In this document: one piece after another, positions 15,687-23,696 of the stretch
How positions within the stretch are numbered: position 1 is the first letter of the stretch
Layout: each line of letters begins with the position of its first letter
NCBI GenBank assembly: GCA_020200135.1
Contig: JAIVJI010000009.1
Location: 1,642-65,641, forward strand
From: Acidobacteriota bacterium
GTDB lineage: Bacteria > Acidobacteriota > Blastocatellia > Pyrinomonadales > Pyrinomonadaceae
Direction of reading: 5' to 3'
DNA length: 64,000 bases
Made by a program: the position numbers and the translations under genes
The notes under the pieces: generated by a model
Told to the model about the DNA's origin: nothing
Databases searched by the model: none
The model's input: the letters and a program-made list of their open reading frames with translations, nothing else

Positions 15687-17093
15687 CTACTGATTCGGCG
15701 TCGCCGGCTCGTACTCTTCGAGGGCGGAGGAGCGCGCGCTGTCGATCTCGGATGAGGAGAGGCGGATGGCCATCGTCTGCGGCGCGTAGGTGAAGGGCGC
15801 GGGGCCGCCGCGCTGGCTCTGGAGGTCTGCGACGAGCGCGTCCTGCCACTGGCGGAAGCGCACGACGCTGCCGCGCTGGTCGAAGATGACGAAGAGCAGC
15901 GTGTCGCCCTTCGCCGTGCGGAGCTGGCCGACGAGCGCGCTCACGCCGCCGTCGGTGCGCGGCAGCGTCCCCGTCTTGGCGATGACGCTGCCGCGCCCGG
16001 GGCTGTCGGCGTAGCGCTTCTGGAGCGTGCCGGGGTCGACGCCCGCGACCGGCAGGATGTCGGCGGCCCTCAAGCCGTGCTCGCGCAGCTCTTCGAGCAG
16101 CGCGCGGTAGACCTTCATCATCTGGCGCGGCGTCATGCGGTTGACCCCGAGGCCGCTCGCGGTCGCGATGCGGAACTCGCCCGGCTTCAGGCCCACGTCG
16201 GTCGTGAGCGTGCGCGTCAGGCCGGCCGCGCCGCCGAGCTGGTCGCCGAGACGCTCGGCCATGAAGTTGTTCGAGTAGCAGAGCAGGACCTTGAGCACGT
16301 CGGAGAGCACCGGCGAGTAGTGCGTCGAGACGGCGCGCGCGCCGGCCGGCACGGAGGCGACGTAGACCGCGCCCATTACGGCGACGCTCGGCGTCGAGCG
16401 CAACGCCTCGGCGTCGCGCAGCGCCACGCGCGACTCGTACCAGGCTCGCGTCGCCGCCGCCGGGCGGCGCTCGGCGTCGAGCGTGTCGTAGAGCCGCTCG
16501 CCCGAGCGCTGCGACGAGGGGCTGAAATTCATCGTGAAGCGCGGGGCGACGACGAGGTCGCCGGTGACGGTCTTGATGCCGAGCTGGTTCAGCTCGCGCG
16601 CGACCGCGACGGCGTGCTCGTCGTGGAACGAGGGGTCGCGCCCCGAGACGACGAGGTCGCCCGCGACCGTGCCGGTCGCCTTGTCGAAGGTGCCCGTGAC
16701 CCAGAAGGCGGTCGCGAAGCGGTGCTTCGCGCCGAAGGTGCGCAGCGCCGCGAGCGCCGTGACGAGCTTGATGGCGGAGGCGGGGTTGTAAGCCCGGTCG
16801 GACGCCTCCTCGCGGACGACCTCGCCCGAGAGCCTTTCGACGAGCACGCCCTGGTGGACGAACGTCGGCCGCTGCTCTTCCGTCGCGAAGGGAAGTCCGA
16901 CGACGTTCTCGACGGGCGGGAGCGGCGGCACGCTCATCGGCGGCACGAACGGCGGCTGCACCGCGCCGCCCGGCGACACCTGCGCGCGGGCGCCGGCGGC
17001 CGGGCCGAGCAGGATGACGAGAGCCAGTATTAAACGTAACGTCTTCAACCCACTAACTCCTTCCAAAACCCCCGGGTACGAAGGGCGCGCCAT
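15687..17093 (-). CDS. dacB: D-alanyl-D-alanine carboxypeptidase/endopeptidase, PBP4 (peptidase S13) family
   Basis: SxxK (ASAIK), SxN (YSNN) and KTG (AKTGT) motifs. Start moved to ATG 17093 (M46 of the tracked ORF), ahead of the hydrophobic signal LKTLRLILALVILLGPAAGARA. Confidence 0.8.
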   Translation of the reverse strand: MARPSYPGVLEGVSGLKTLRLILALVILLGPAAGARAQVSPGGAVQPPFVPPMSVPPLPPVENVVGLPFATEEQRPTFVHQGVLVERLSGEVVREEASDRAYNPASAIKLVTALAALRTFGAKHRFATAFWVTGTFDKATGTVAGDLVVSGRDPSFHDEHAVAVARELNQLGIKTVTGDLVVAPRFTMNFSPSSQRSGERLYDTLDAERRPAAATRAWYESRVALRDAEALRSTPSVAVMGAVYVASVPAGARAVSTHYSPVLSDVLKVLLCYSNNFMAERLGDQLGGAAGLTRTLTTDVGLKPGEFRIATASGLGVNRMTPRQMMKVYRALLEELREHGLRAADILPVAGVDPGTLQKRYADSPGRGSVIAKTGTLPRTDGGVSALVGQLRTAKGDTLLFVIFDQRGSVVRFRQWQDALVADLQSQRGGPAPFTYAPQTMAIRLSSSEIDSARSSALEEYEPATPNQ

Positions 17094-17248
17094 GATAGCA
17101 CGGGCGCGCCGCTTTACGGGGGCGTAACGATTTCGCGGGAAGAGCCGAGGGGAGGGCAAACACTTTGATGCCGACCGGCATCGTACGCGATGTATGCACC
17201 GCCCCGCGCTATAACAGGCGCAATGCAACCGCCGTTCCCGAAGGGGAG

Positions 17249-17354
17249 TTTTCAGCTTTCAGTTTTTAGTTTTCAGTCCTCGGGCGAGTCGCCGCCGCCG
17301 CGCGTGAACGCAGGACGGAGGCGACGCTGAAAACTTAAAACTAAAACCGAAAAC
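17249..17354. repeat. Period-7 palindromic element, family F (TTTTCAG / CTGAAAA)
   Basis: TTTTCAG CTTTCAG TTTTTAG TTTTCAG ... CTGAAAAC TTAAAAC TAAAACC GAAAAC. Sits in the divergent gap between the dacB-like gene and ogg. Confidence 0.85.
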
Positions 17355-17360
17355 TTTCTT

Positions 17361-17390
17361 TTGACAACGCGGAAACCGCGACCCTAGAAT
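17361..17390 (+). promoter_or_regulatory. Near-consensus sigma-70 promoter for ogg
   Basis: TTGACA-N18-TAGAAT, 29 nt upstream of the ORF start at 17419. Confidence 0.5.
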
Positions 17391-17418
17391 TCCGGCAACG
17401 TTCGAGCGAGCCTCGCCT

Positions 17419-18099
17419 TTGAATTTGTCGAGCAGAGTGCGGCGAGACAGAGAGCCCGTCACCGTCGAGAAGATACTCGCCGCGCACCGCGCGCGACGCG
17501 GCGAGATACGCGCGCGCCTCGCGGAGTTCGCGGAGGTGTGGCGCGCGGCCGACGACGCGCGCCTGTGGGAGGAGATGGTCTTCTGCATCTTCACCGCCGG
17601 CGCGTCGGCGCGGATGGGGCTCGGCTCGGTCGAGGCCGTCCGCCACCTGCTCGCGGGCGGCTCGGAGCGGGAACTCGCCGCCGCGCTCTCGGGGCGCCAC
17701 CGCTACCCGAACTCGCGCTCGGGCTACATCGTCGTCACGCGCGAGTACCTCGCGGGCGACTGCGGGATGCGCCTGCGCGAGCGGCTCGAAGGGTTCACAG
17801 ACCCCGTGGAGCGGCGCGACTGGCTCGCGCGCAGTCGCGGCGTCAAGGGGCTGGGCTACAAGGAGTCGAGCCACTTCCTGCGCAACGTCGGCCTGCGCGG
17901 CTACGCCATCCTCGACAAGCACATCCTGCGCTGCCTGTACGAGGTCGGCCGTCTTGACTCGCCCGACCCGCCCGCGACCCGCGCGCGCTACCTCGACACC
18001 GAGGCGCGCCTGCGCGACTTCGCCCGCGACGTTTCGATAGACTTCGACGAGCTCGACCTCGTACTCTGGTCGATGAAGACCGGGGAGATTCTGAAGTGA
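17419..18099 (+). CDS. ogg: 8-oxoguanine DNA glycosylase/AP lyase, Ogg2 (archaeal-type HhH-GPD)
   Basis: WEEMVFCIFTAGASA and GLGYKESSHFLRNVG...ILDKHI motifs typical of Ogg2. TTG start (alternative GTG at 17437). Confidence 0.7.
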   Translation: MNLSSRVRRDREPVTVEKILAAHRARRGEIRARLAEFAEVWRAADDARLWEEMVFCIFTAGASARMGLGSVEAVRHLLAGGSERELAAALSGRHRYPNSRSGYIVVTREYLAGDCGMRLRERLEGFTDPVERRDWLARSRGVKGLGYKESSHFLRNVGLRGYAILDKHILRCLYEVGRLDSPDPPATRARYLDTEARLRDFARDVSIDFDELDLVLWSMKTGEILK

Positions 18100-18135
18100 A
18101 GTTTTAAGTCCGCATTCCCGGAAGGGAGTTTCCAG

Positions 18136-19728
18136 ATGACAAGACTGTCCCGCCGGGCGGCCGGCATTGTGGCCGCCATCGGGTTCGCGCTCGCGCTCGC
18201 GGCCGGGTTCGCGCCGGCGGCCGGGGCGTCGAACGCCAAGGCGCTGGCGCGCGCCGACCGCGTGGTGCGCGACGGCGACTTCGAGGGGGCCGAGAAGCTC
18301 TACCGCGACCTCCTGGCGAAAGACCAGCGGGACACGCCGGCGCGGCTGGGGCTGAGCCGCGCGCTGCTCAAGCAGCGCAAGCACCTCGACGCCTACGACC
18401 ACGCGGCGCGTGTCGTCGCGCGCGAGCCCGAGTCGTCGCGCGCGCACGCGCTGCTCGGGTCGGCGCTCCTCGGGATGGGCGACTTCCGCCTCTCGGTCGA
18501 GGAGTTCCGCACCGCCCTGAGCTTCAGGGAAGACGAGGCGCTGGCCATCGCCGGGCTCGCGATGGTCGACTTCTACGAGAACCGCATCGCGCAGAGCCTC
18601 GCGGGGCTCAGGCGCGCCGCCTCCATCGATTCGGGCGAGCCCGACTACATCTACAACCTCGGCCAGGTCGCCGCGCGCTACGAGCGCTACGCCGAAGCGG
18701 CCAACGCCTACGAGATGTTCCTGCGCGTCGCGCCCCGCACCGACGCCGACCGGCGCGCGCGCATCCGCGGCCTCATCGACTTCCTGCGCTACCTCGGCAC
18801 CCAGCGCGACCTGCTCGACGTGAACGGCCCCGGCGCGGTCACGGTCCCGTTCGAGCTGGTCAACAACCGCCCGCTCGTCCGCGTGCGCATCAACGGCTCG
18901 AAGGAGACGCTGCGCTTCGTCATCGACACGGGCGCCGGCATGTGCGTCATCTCCGACAAGGCGGCCGACCGGGTGGGGCTGAAGTCTGTCGCGCGCGGCG
19001 GCATGGCGCGCGCCGTCGGCGGCGAGGGGCGCTTCGAGATCGTCTACGGCTTCGTCCAGTCGCTCCAACTCGGGGAGGCGCGCGTCGACCGCGTGCCCGT
19101 CTACATCCGCCAGTTCTACAACGACCAGGAGCCGGTGGACGGCTACATCGGGCTCTCGGTGCTCGGCAAGTACATGACGGTCGTCGATTACGGCGCGCGC
19201 AAGCTACAGCTGCTGCGCGACGAAGAGTCGCGACGCGCCGAGACGGCGGCCGCTTCGCCGGCGGCGCTGGAGGTTCCCATCCGCACGACCTCGAGCGGCT
19301 TCTGGAGCGGCGAGGTCGTCTTCGAGGGGCTGGAGAAGCCCGCGAACTTCATCGTGGACACGGGCGCCTCCATCTCGGTCGTCTCGCAGGCGCTCGCCAC
19401 GCGCGCCGACCTCGGGCGCTACGAGCGCGGCGCCCGCATCAAGGTCTACGGCGCGGCGGGGCTGGCGGAGAACATCCAGACGCTGCTGCTGCCGAACGTC
19501 GCGCTCGGCCCCTACGCGTGGAAGAACGTCTACGCGGCGGTGCTCGACATGGACCCCATCAACGAGACGGCCGGGTTCGAGCAGACGGGCATCATCGGCG
19601 GCAACATCCTCAGCCGCTACCGCGTCACCTTCGACTTCGCGCGCGGGGTGATACGGCTCCAGCCGACGGCCGCGCCCGCGTCGGCCGACGACAGGGGCAA
19701 GCCGCCGGTCGTGACGAGCCAGTCATGA
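18136..19728 (+). CDS. Secreted TPR-repeat protein with two retropepsin-like aspartyl protease domains
   Basis: Signal peptide, TPR-like N-terminal region, and two D-T-G motifs (FVIDTGAGMCVIS, FIVDTGASISVVS). Confidence 0.7.
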   Translation: MTRLSRRAAGIVAAIGFALALAAGFAPAAGASNAKALARADRVVRDGDFEGAEKLYRDLLAKDQRDTPARLGLSRALLKQRKHLDAYDHAARVVAREPESSRAHALLGSALLGMGDFRLSVEEFRTALSFREDEALAIAGLAMVDFYENRIAQSLAGLRRAASIDSGEPDYIYNLGQVAARYERYAEAANAYEMFLRVAPRTDADRRARIRGLIDFLRYLGTQRDLLDVNGPGAVTVPFELVNNRPLVRVRINGSKETLRFVIDTGAGMCVISDKAADRVGLKSVARGGMARAVGGEGRFEIVYGFVQSLQLGEARVDRVPVYIRQFYNDQEPVDGYIGLSVLGKYMTVVDYGARKLQLLRDEESRRAETAAASPAALEVPIRTTSSGFWSGEVVFEGLEKPANFIVDTGASISVVSQALATRADLGRYERGARIKVYGAAGLAENIQTLLLPNVALGPYAWKNVYAAVLDMDPINETAGFEQTGIIGGNILSRYRVTFDFARGVIRLQPTAAPASADDRGKPPVVTSQS

Positions 19729-20198
19729 AGCAGAGCATCTACCTCGAGACCTCGGTCGTCGGCGCGTACCTCGACAACGGCGAGCCGTTCCGACGCGACC
19801 TGACCATCCGCTGGTGGGAGCACGAGATGACCGAGTACCGCCCCGTCGTCTCGCCGCTCGTCGTCCGCGAGCTGGAGCGCGTGCCGGAGCCGCACCGCAC
19901 GGGCTACCTCAAACTGGTCGCGCCGCTGGAATCGGTCGAGCTGACGGACGAGGTCGCCATCCTCGCCGAAGGCTACGTCACGCGCGGCATCTTCCACCGC
20001 AAGTACATCGGCGACGCCGTCCACGTCGCGCTCGCCTCGTTCCATAAGATAGACTACCTGGTGACCTGGAACTTCGGGCACCTGGCGAACGTGCGGCGGC
20101 AGGCGCGCATACGCCTCTTCAACGCCGCCGCCGGCTTCTTCGTCCCGCAGATCGTGACGCCCGAGTTTCTGGTTTCGGAGATGACAGAGAAGGGGTGA
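19725..20198 (+). CDS. PIN-like nuclease domain protein (putative toxin)
   Basis: 157 aa. IYLETSVV, GDAVHVALA and YLVTWNFGHL resemble a PIN-like family. ATGA overlap with the upstream stop. Confidence 0.55.
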   Translation: MKQSIYLETSVVGAYLDNGEPFRRDLTIRWWEHEMTEYRPVVSPLVVRELERVPEPHRTGYLKLVAPLESVELTDEVAILAEGYVTRGIFHRKYIGDAVHVALASFHKIDYLVTWNFGHLANVRRQARIRLFNAAAGFFVPQIVTPEFLVSEMTEKG

Positions 20199-20276
20199 AT
20201 GGTGAATAGTAAACGGTGAGTGGTTGACGCCCGCGCCCATTTACCATTTACTATTCACCATTCACTATTTACCATC
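20194..20276. repeat. Period-7 palindromic element, family E (GGTGAAT / ATTCACC)
   Basis: GGTGAAT GGTGAAT AGTAAAC GGTGAGT GG...CCATTTA CCATTTA CTATTCA CCATTCA CTATTTA CCATC. The first unit carries the TGA stop of the PIN-like gene, and the last unit abuts ATG 20277. Confidence 0.85.
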
Positions 20277-20495
20277 ATGTACCGCAAGCCCCGATTCCTG
20301 GAAGAGCTGCACGCCATCCGCGAGGAGATGTCGCGCGAGGCCGACTACGACGTGGAGCTGTTCGCCGAGATGGTGCGCTCCGGCGCGAGCCCCGGCCACG
20401 GCCCCGTCCGCAACATACGCGGCTTCCGCAGCCGCGCCCCGCGCGGGGGCCGGGCCGAGGAGAAGCCCTCGCCGAAGAAGAGGGCGTCGAGGTAG
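20277..20495 (+). CDS. Small hypothetical protein (72 aa), possible antitoxin-like partner
   Basis: MYRKPRFLEELHAIREEMSREADYDVELFAEMV... Start set at ATG 20277 (M20 of the tracked ORF). No Shine-Dalgarno. Confidence 0.4.
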   Translation: MYRKPRFLEELHAIREEMSREADYDVELFAEMVRSGASPGHGPVRNIRGFRSRAPRGGRAEEKPSPKKRASR

Positions 20496-20518
20496 GCCCC
20501 GGATTCAGTTAGAAAGCA

Positions 20519-21307
20519 ATGGAAGAGACGTTTGAAGCCATCGGGCTCGACCTGCCGAGCGAGAAAGATTTCAACCACCTCGCGGAGCGCGCGGGCGACC
20601 AGGGCGAGCCGACACAGCTCTGCCGGCGCGGCGCCGTCCTCCACGGCCGCTGCTGGAAGCTGGGCGAGGGGCTCGAAGTCTGGACGGTGCTCTACGAGTC
20701 GGGCACGGGCGAAATCTTCTACGCCGACTGCCGCCCCGGCTTCCGCGCCCGCTACGCGCAGCGCATCAGCCCGTGGGCTCTCACCGAGTACGACGAGGAC
20801 GGCGAGGCCATCGTCCACGGCTACTACGACGGGCACGAGACCGAAGTCCTCTTCGAGCTGCAGAACCTGACCGAGGTCGGCCCCGAGGGCTTCCGCGCGC
20901 AGGAGCTGCACGTCGGCCTGTGCGGGCTGGCCTACCGCGCGCGCGTTCTGGCTGAGCCGGGCGAGCCGCGCTGGCAGCCGCTCGAAGAGGCCGCGCCCTC
21001 GCGCGCCGCGCACGAGAACGACTGGTCACTGTCGGGGCGCGTCATCTCGTTCAAGACTCTGCGCAACCCGCTCTCGGGCTCCGAGCTTTACTGGGTCTAC
21101 GTGGACCTCGGCCGCCTCAGGCTCGAAGTCCTCGTCAACGTGCGCGCGCTGCGCGGCGAGCCGCTCGCCGTCGGCGCGGGCTTCTCGGCCGAGGTCTGGC
21201 TCCAGGGTCACGTCCTCGACCGCCGCGCGCTCCTCTCCCGCTACGAAGGCCGCGACTCATCCGTCACCCGCGCCTCGCTCTGGTCGCACCTGCGGAGAAG
21301 AAACTGA
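20519..21307 (+). CDS. Hypothetical protein (262 aa), no recognisable domain
   Basis: Clean ORF with normal amino-acid composition. Packed tightly between the small ORF (23-nt gap) and the hicB-like gene (10-nt gap). Confidence 0.5.
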   Translation: MEETFEAIGLDLPSEKDFNHLAERAGDQGEPTQLCRRGAVLHGRCWKLGEGLEVWTVLYESGTGEIFYADCRPGFRARYAQRISPWALTEYDEDGEAIVHGYYDGHETEVLFELQNLTEVGPEGFRAQELHVGLCGLAYRARVLAEPGEPRWQPLEEAAPSRAAHENDWSLSGRVISFKTLRNPLSGSELYWVYVDLGRLRLEVLVNVRALRGEPLAVGAGFSAEVWLQGHVLDRRALLSRYEGRDSSVTRASLWSHLRRRN

Positions 21308-21317
21308 GGGGGTAAGC

Positions 21318-21524
21318 ATGACCCAGGAATTTACGGCGACGGTCTGGCAGGAAGGCGACTGGTTCATCGCACTGTGCAGGGAAGTGGAGGTCGCCAGCCA
21401 GGGGCTGACGGAGGATGAGGCGTTAGCCAATCTCCGCGAAGCGCTGGAGCTTCACTTCGAGCCGCCGCACGCGACCATCCTGCCGAGCATACGTAAGATC
21501 GAGGTCGAGCTGGATGCCGCTTAG
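21318..21524 (+). CDS. hicB: HicB-family antitoxin (UPF0150)
   Basis: 68 aa; FTATVWQEGDWFIALCREVEVASQGLTEDEALANLREALELHF pattern. Confidence 0.7.
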   Translation: MTQEFTATVWQEGDWFIALCREVEVASQGLTEDEALANLREALELHFEPPHATILPSIRKIEVELDAA

Positions 21525-21735
21525 GCCGCTGCCGTACCGCGAATTAAAGCGGAAACTCGAAGCCGCTGGCTTCAAAGAGGTGAGCAGTAAAGGCAGCCAC
21601 GTCAAATTCGCCAGGGTGACACAGCTCGGGACTTACACCGCCGTCGTCCCGCATCATCGTGAAGTGCCCGTCGGCACCATACGCAGCATTATCAAGCAGG
21701 CCGGAATCAGCCCCGACGAATTTGAGAGACTGTAA
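21514..21735 (+). CDS. hicA: HicA mRNA interferase toxin
   Basis: 73 aa with YRELKRKLEAAGF...KGSHVKF...VPHH...GTIRSIIKQAGI. Overlaps the hicB-like gene by 11 nt. Confidence 0.8.
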   Translation: MPLRPLPYRELKRKLEAAGFKEVSSKGSHVKFARVTQLGTYTAVVPHHREVPVGTIRSIIKQAGISPDEFERL

Positions 21736-21750
21736 ACTGTCGCAAACCCG

Positions 21751-22338
21751 ATGCGCGCCCTCAAACGTCTCGCCCTCGCCGCCCTCATCCTGTCCGCCGC
21801 CGGCGCCGCCGGTCTTTACCTCTTCAACCAGTACTGGGTGCACCGGTTCGACTCTCTCATCGCGCGGCAGGCCGCCGTCTACCGGCTCGACCCCGACCTC
21901 GTCTGGAGCATCATCCACGAGGAGACGTACTTCCGCCCGTGGATGACGGGCGAGGCGGGCGAGGTCGGCCTGATGCAGGTGACGCCGACGGTCGGGCGCG
22001 AGTGGGCGGCCGAGACCGGGATGCGCGAGCTGGCCGAGCAGATGCGCCGCGACCCCGCCGCCGCGCTCAGCGACCCCGAGCGCAACATACAGGTCGGCTG
22101 CTGGTACCTGGAAAAGATCTGGAAGAACTATCAGGACACGCCCGGCGCCGAGCCGCGCGTCGTCGCCGCGTACAACGCCGGCCCCTCGCGCGCCGCCGAG
22201 TGGAACCGCGTCGCTCCGGGGCAGCGCCCGCTCACCGCCGAAGAGTTCGTCGCGCGCATAGACTTCCCCACCACGCGCGCCTACGTCCGCAACATCCTCG
22301 AACGCTACCGCGGGCTGAAGGCGGGTGGCGGGCGTTGA
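21751..22338 (+). CDS. Lytic transglycosylase (SLT domain)
   Basis: Catalytic EVGLMQV motif plus AYNAGP; N-terminal membrane anchor. Confidence 0.8.
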   Translation: MRALKRLALAALILSAAGAAGLYLFNQYWVHRFDSLIARQAAVYRLDPDLVWSIIHEETYFRPWMTGEAGEVGLMQVTPTVGREWAAETGMRELAEQMRRDPAAALSDPERNIQVGCWYLEKIWKNYQDTPGAEPRVVAAYNAGPSRAAEWNRVAPGQRPLTAEEFVARIDFPTTRAYVRNILERYRGLKAGGGR

Positions 22339-23696
22339 CTTACCGCCAGTTGCTCGCGGGCAACGCGGACTTCCGGCGGCTGTGGGCGGGGCAGGTCGTC
22401 TCGGAAATAGGCGACTGGCTGAACAACATCGCCGTGCTCGCGCTCGCCATCCAGCTCGCGGGCGCCGGGAGCGTGGGGCTCGCGGTCGCGACCTACGCCA
22501 TCGCGCGCCACCTCCCGCTCTTCATCTTCGGCCCCGTCGCGGGCGTCGTCGTCGACCGCGTGAGCCGGCGGCGGGTGATGATAGCGGCGGACGTGGCGCG
22601 CGCGGTGCTCGCGCTCGGCTTCCTGGTGGCGAACCGGCTGGGCTCGCTCGCGGCCATCTACGCGGTCGGCGCGTCGCTCTTCTCAGTCTCGGCCTTCTTC
22701 AACGCGGCCAAGCGCGCCTCCGTCCCGAACCTCGTCGGCGGGACGGAGGCGCTGCTCGCCGCCAACTCGCTCTCGGCCTCGACGACGGCGGCGACCATCG
22801 CGGTCGGCTCGGCGCTCGGCGGCGTCATCGCCACCGCGCTCGGGCGCGACACGGTCTTCGTCCTCAACGCGCTCACCTTCCTCGCCTCCGCCGAGATGAT
22901 TCGGAGAATCAGACGGCCCGTGAGCAGAGGGCGCGAAGCGCCGGGCGTCGAGCTGGCGGTGCCGGGCGACGGAGTCGCGGCGCAAACGTCAACGCCGCCC
23001 CCGTCATCAAGTCTTGGCGTTCAACGCTCGCCGCTCGCCGCATACTTCACTGACTTCCGCGAGGGGCTGCGGTACGTGCGGCGCGACCGCGTGCTGGCGG
23101 CGGTCTTCGTGGTGGCGGCCGGGTGGGGGCTGGGGAACGGCGCGGCGCGCGCACTCTACAGCATCTTCGGCGCGAGGCTGGGCGAGCAGGCGGCCGCCGG
23201 GTGGGGCGCCGCGTTCGGGCCCGTGGCGGAGCGGCCGACCGACTTCGGCATCTCGGTGCTCTTCGTCGCGATGGGCTTAGGCGGCGTGCTCGGCGCGCCG
23301 CTGGCCCGCCGCTTCAACAGCGGCGCGGTCGAAGGGCTCGGCTCGCGCATGGGGCGCTCGCTCGTGCTCGACGGCGCGGGGCTGCTCGTCTTCAGCCTGA
23401 CGCCGTCGCTCTTCGGCGCGGCGGCCGTGCTCGTCGCGCGCGAGATGAACTTCGCCATCTGGTGGACGGCGCAGCAGACGCTCATGATGCGCCGCACCGA
23501 CGACCGCGTGGCCGGCCGCGTCTTCGCCTCGTACGAGACTTTGACGACGCTGATGATGGTCGGCTCGATGCTCGTCTCGGGGGCGGCGGCCGACCGCGTC
23601 GGCATCCGGCCCGTCGCGGCCTGCGCCGCGTGTGTGGTCATCCTGTCGGGGCTTTCGTGGTTCGTCCTGCGCCGCCGGGGCGGAGAAGTGAGATGA
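22335..23696 (+). CDS. MFS transporter
   Basis: About 12 predicted TM segments. Begins LTYRQLLAGNADFRRLWAGQVVSEIGDW at TTG 22335 (L133 of the tracked ORF), overlapping the upstream stop. Confidence 0.7.
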   Translation: MTYRQLLAGNADFRRLWAGQVVSEIGDWLNNIAVLALAIQLAGAGSVGLAVATYAIARHLPLFIFGPVAGVVVDRVSRRRVMIAADVARAVLALGFLVANRLGSLAAIYAVGASLFSVSAFFNAAKRASVPNLVGGTEALLAANSLSASTTAATIAVGSALGGVIATALGRDTVFVLNALTFLASAEMIRRIRRPVSRGREAPGVELAVPGDGVAAQTSTPPPSSSLGVQRSPLAAYFTDFREGLRYVRRDRVLAAVFVVAAGWGLGNGAARALYSIFGARLGEQAAAGWGAAFGPVAERPTDFGISVLFVAMGLGGVLGAPLARRFNSGAVEGLGSRMGRSLVLDGAGLLVFSLTPSLFGAAAVLVAREMNFAIWWTAQQTLMMRRTDDRVAGRVFASYETLTTLMMVGSMLVSGAAADRVGIRPVAACAACVVILSGLSWFVLRRRGGEVR

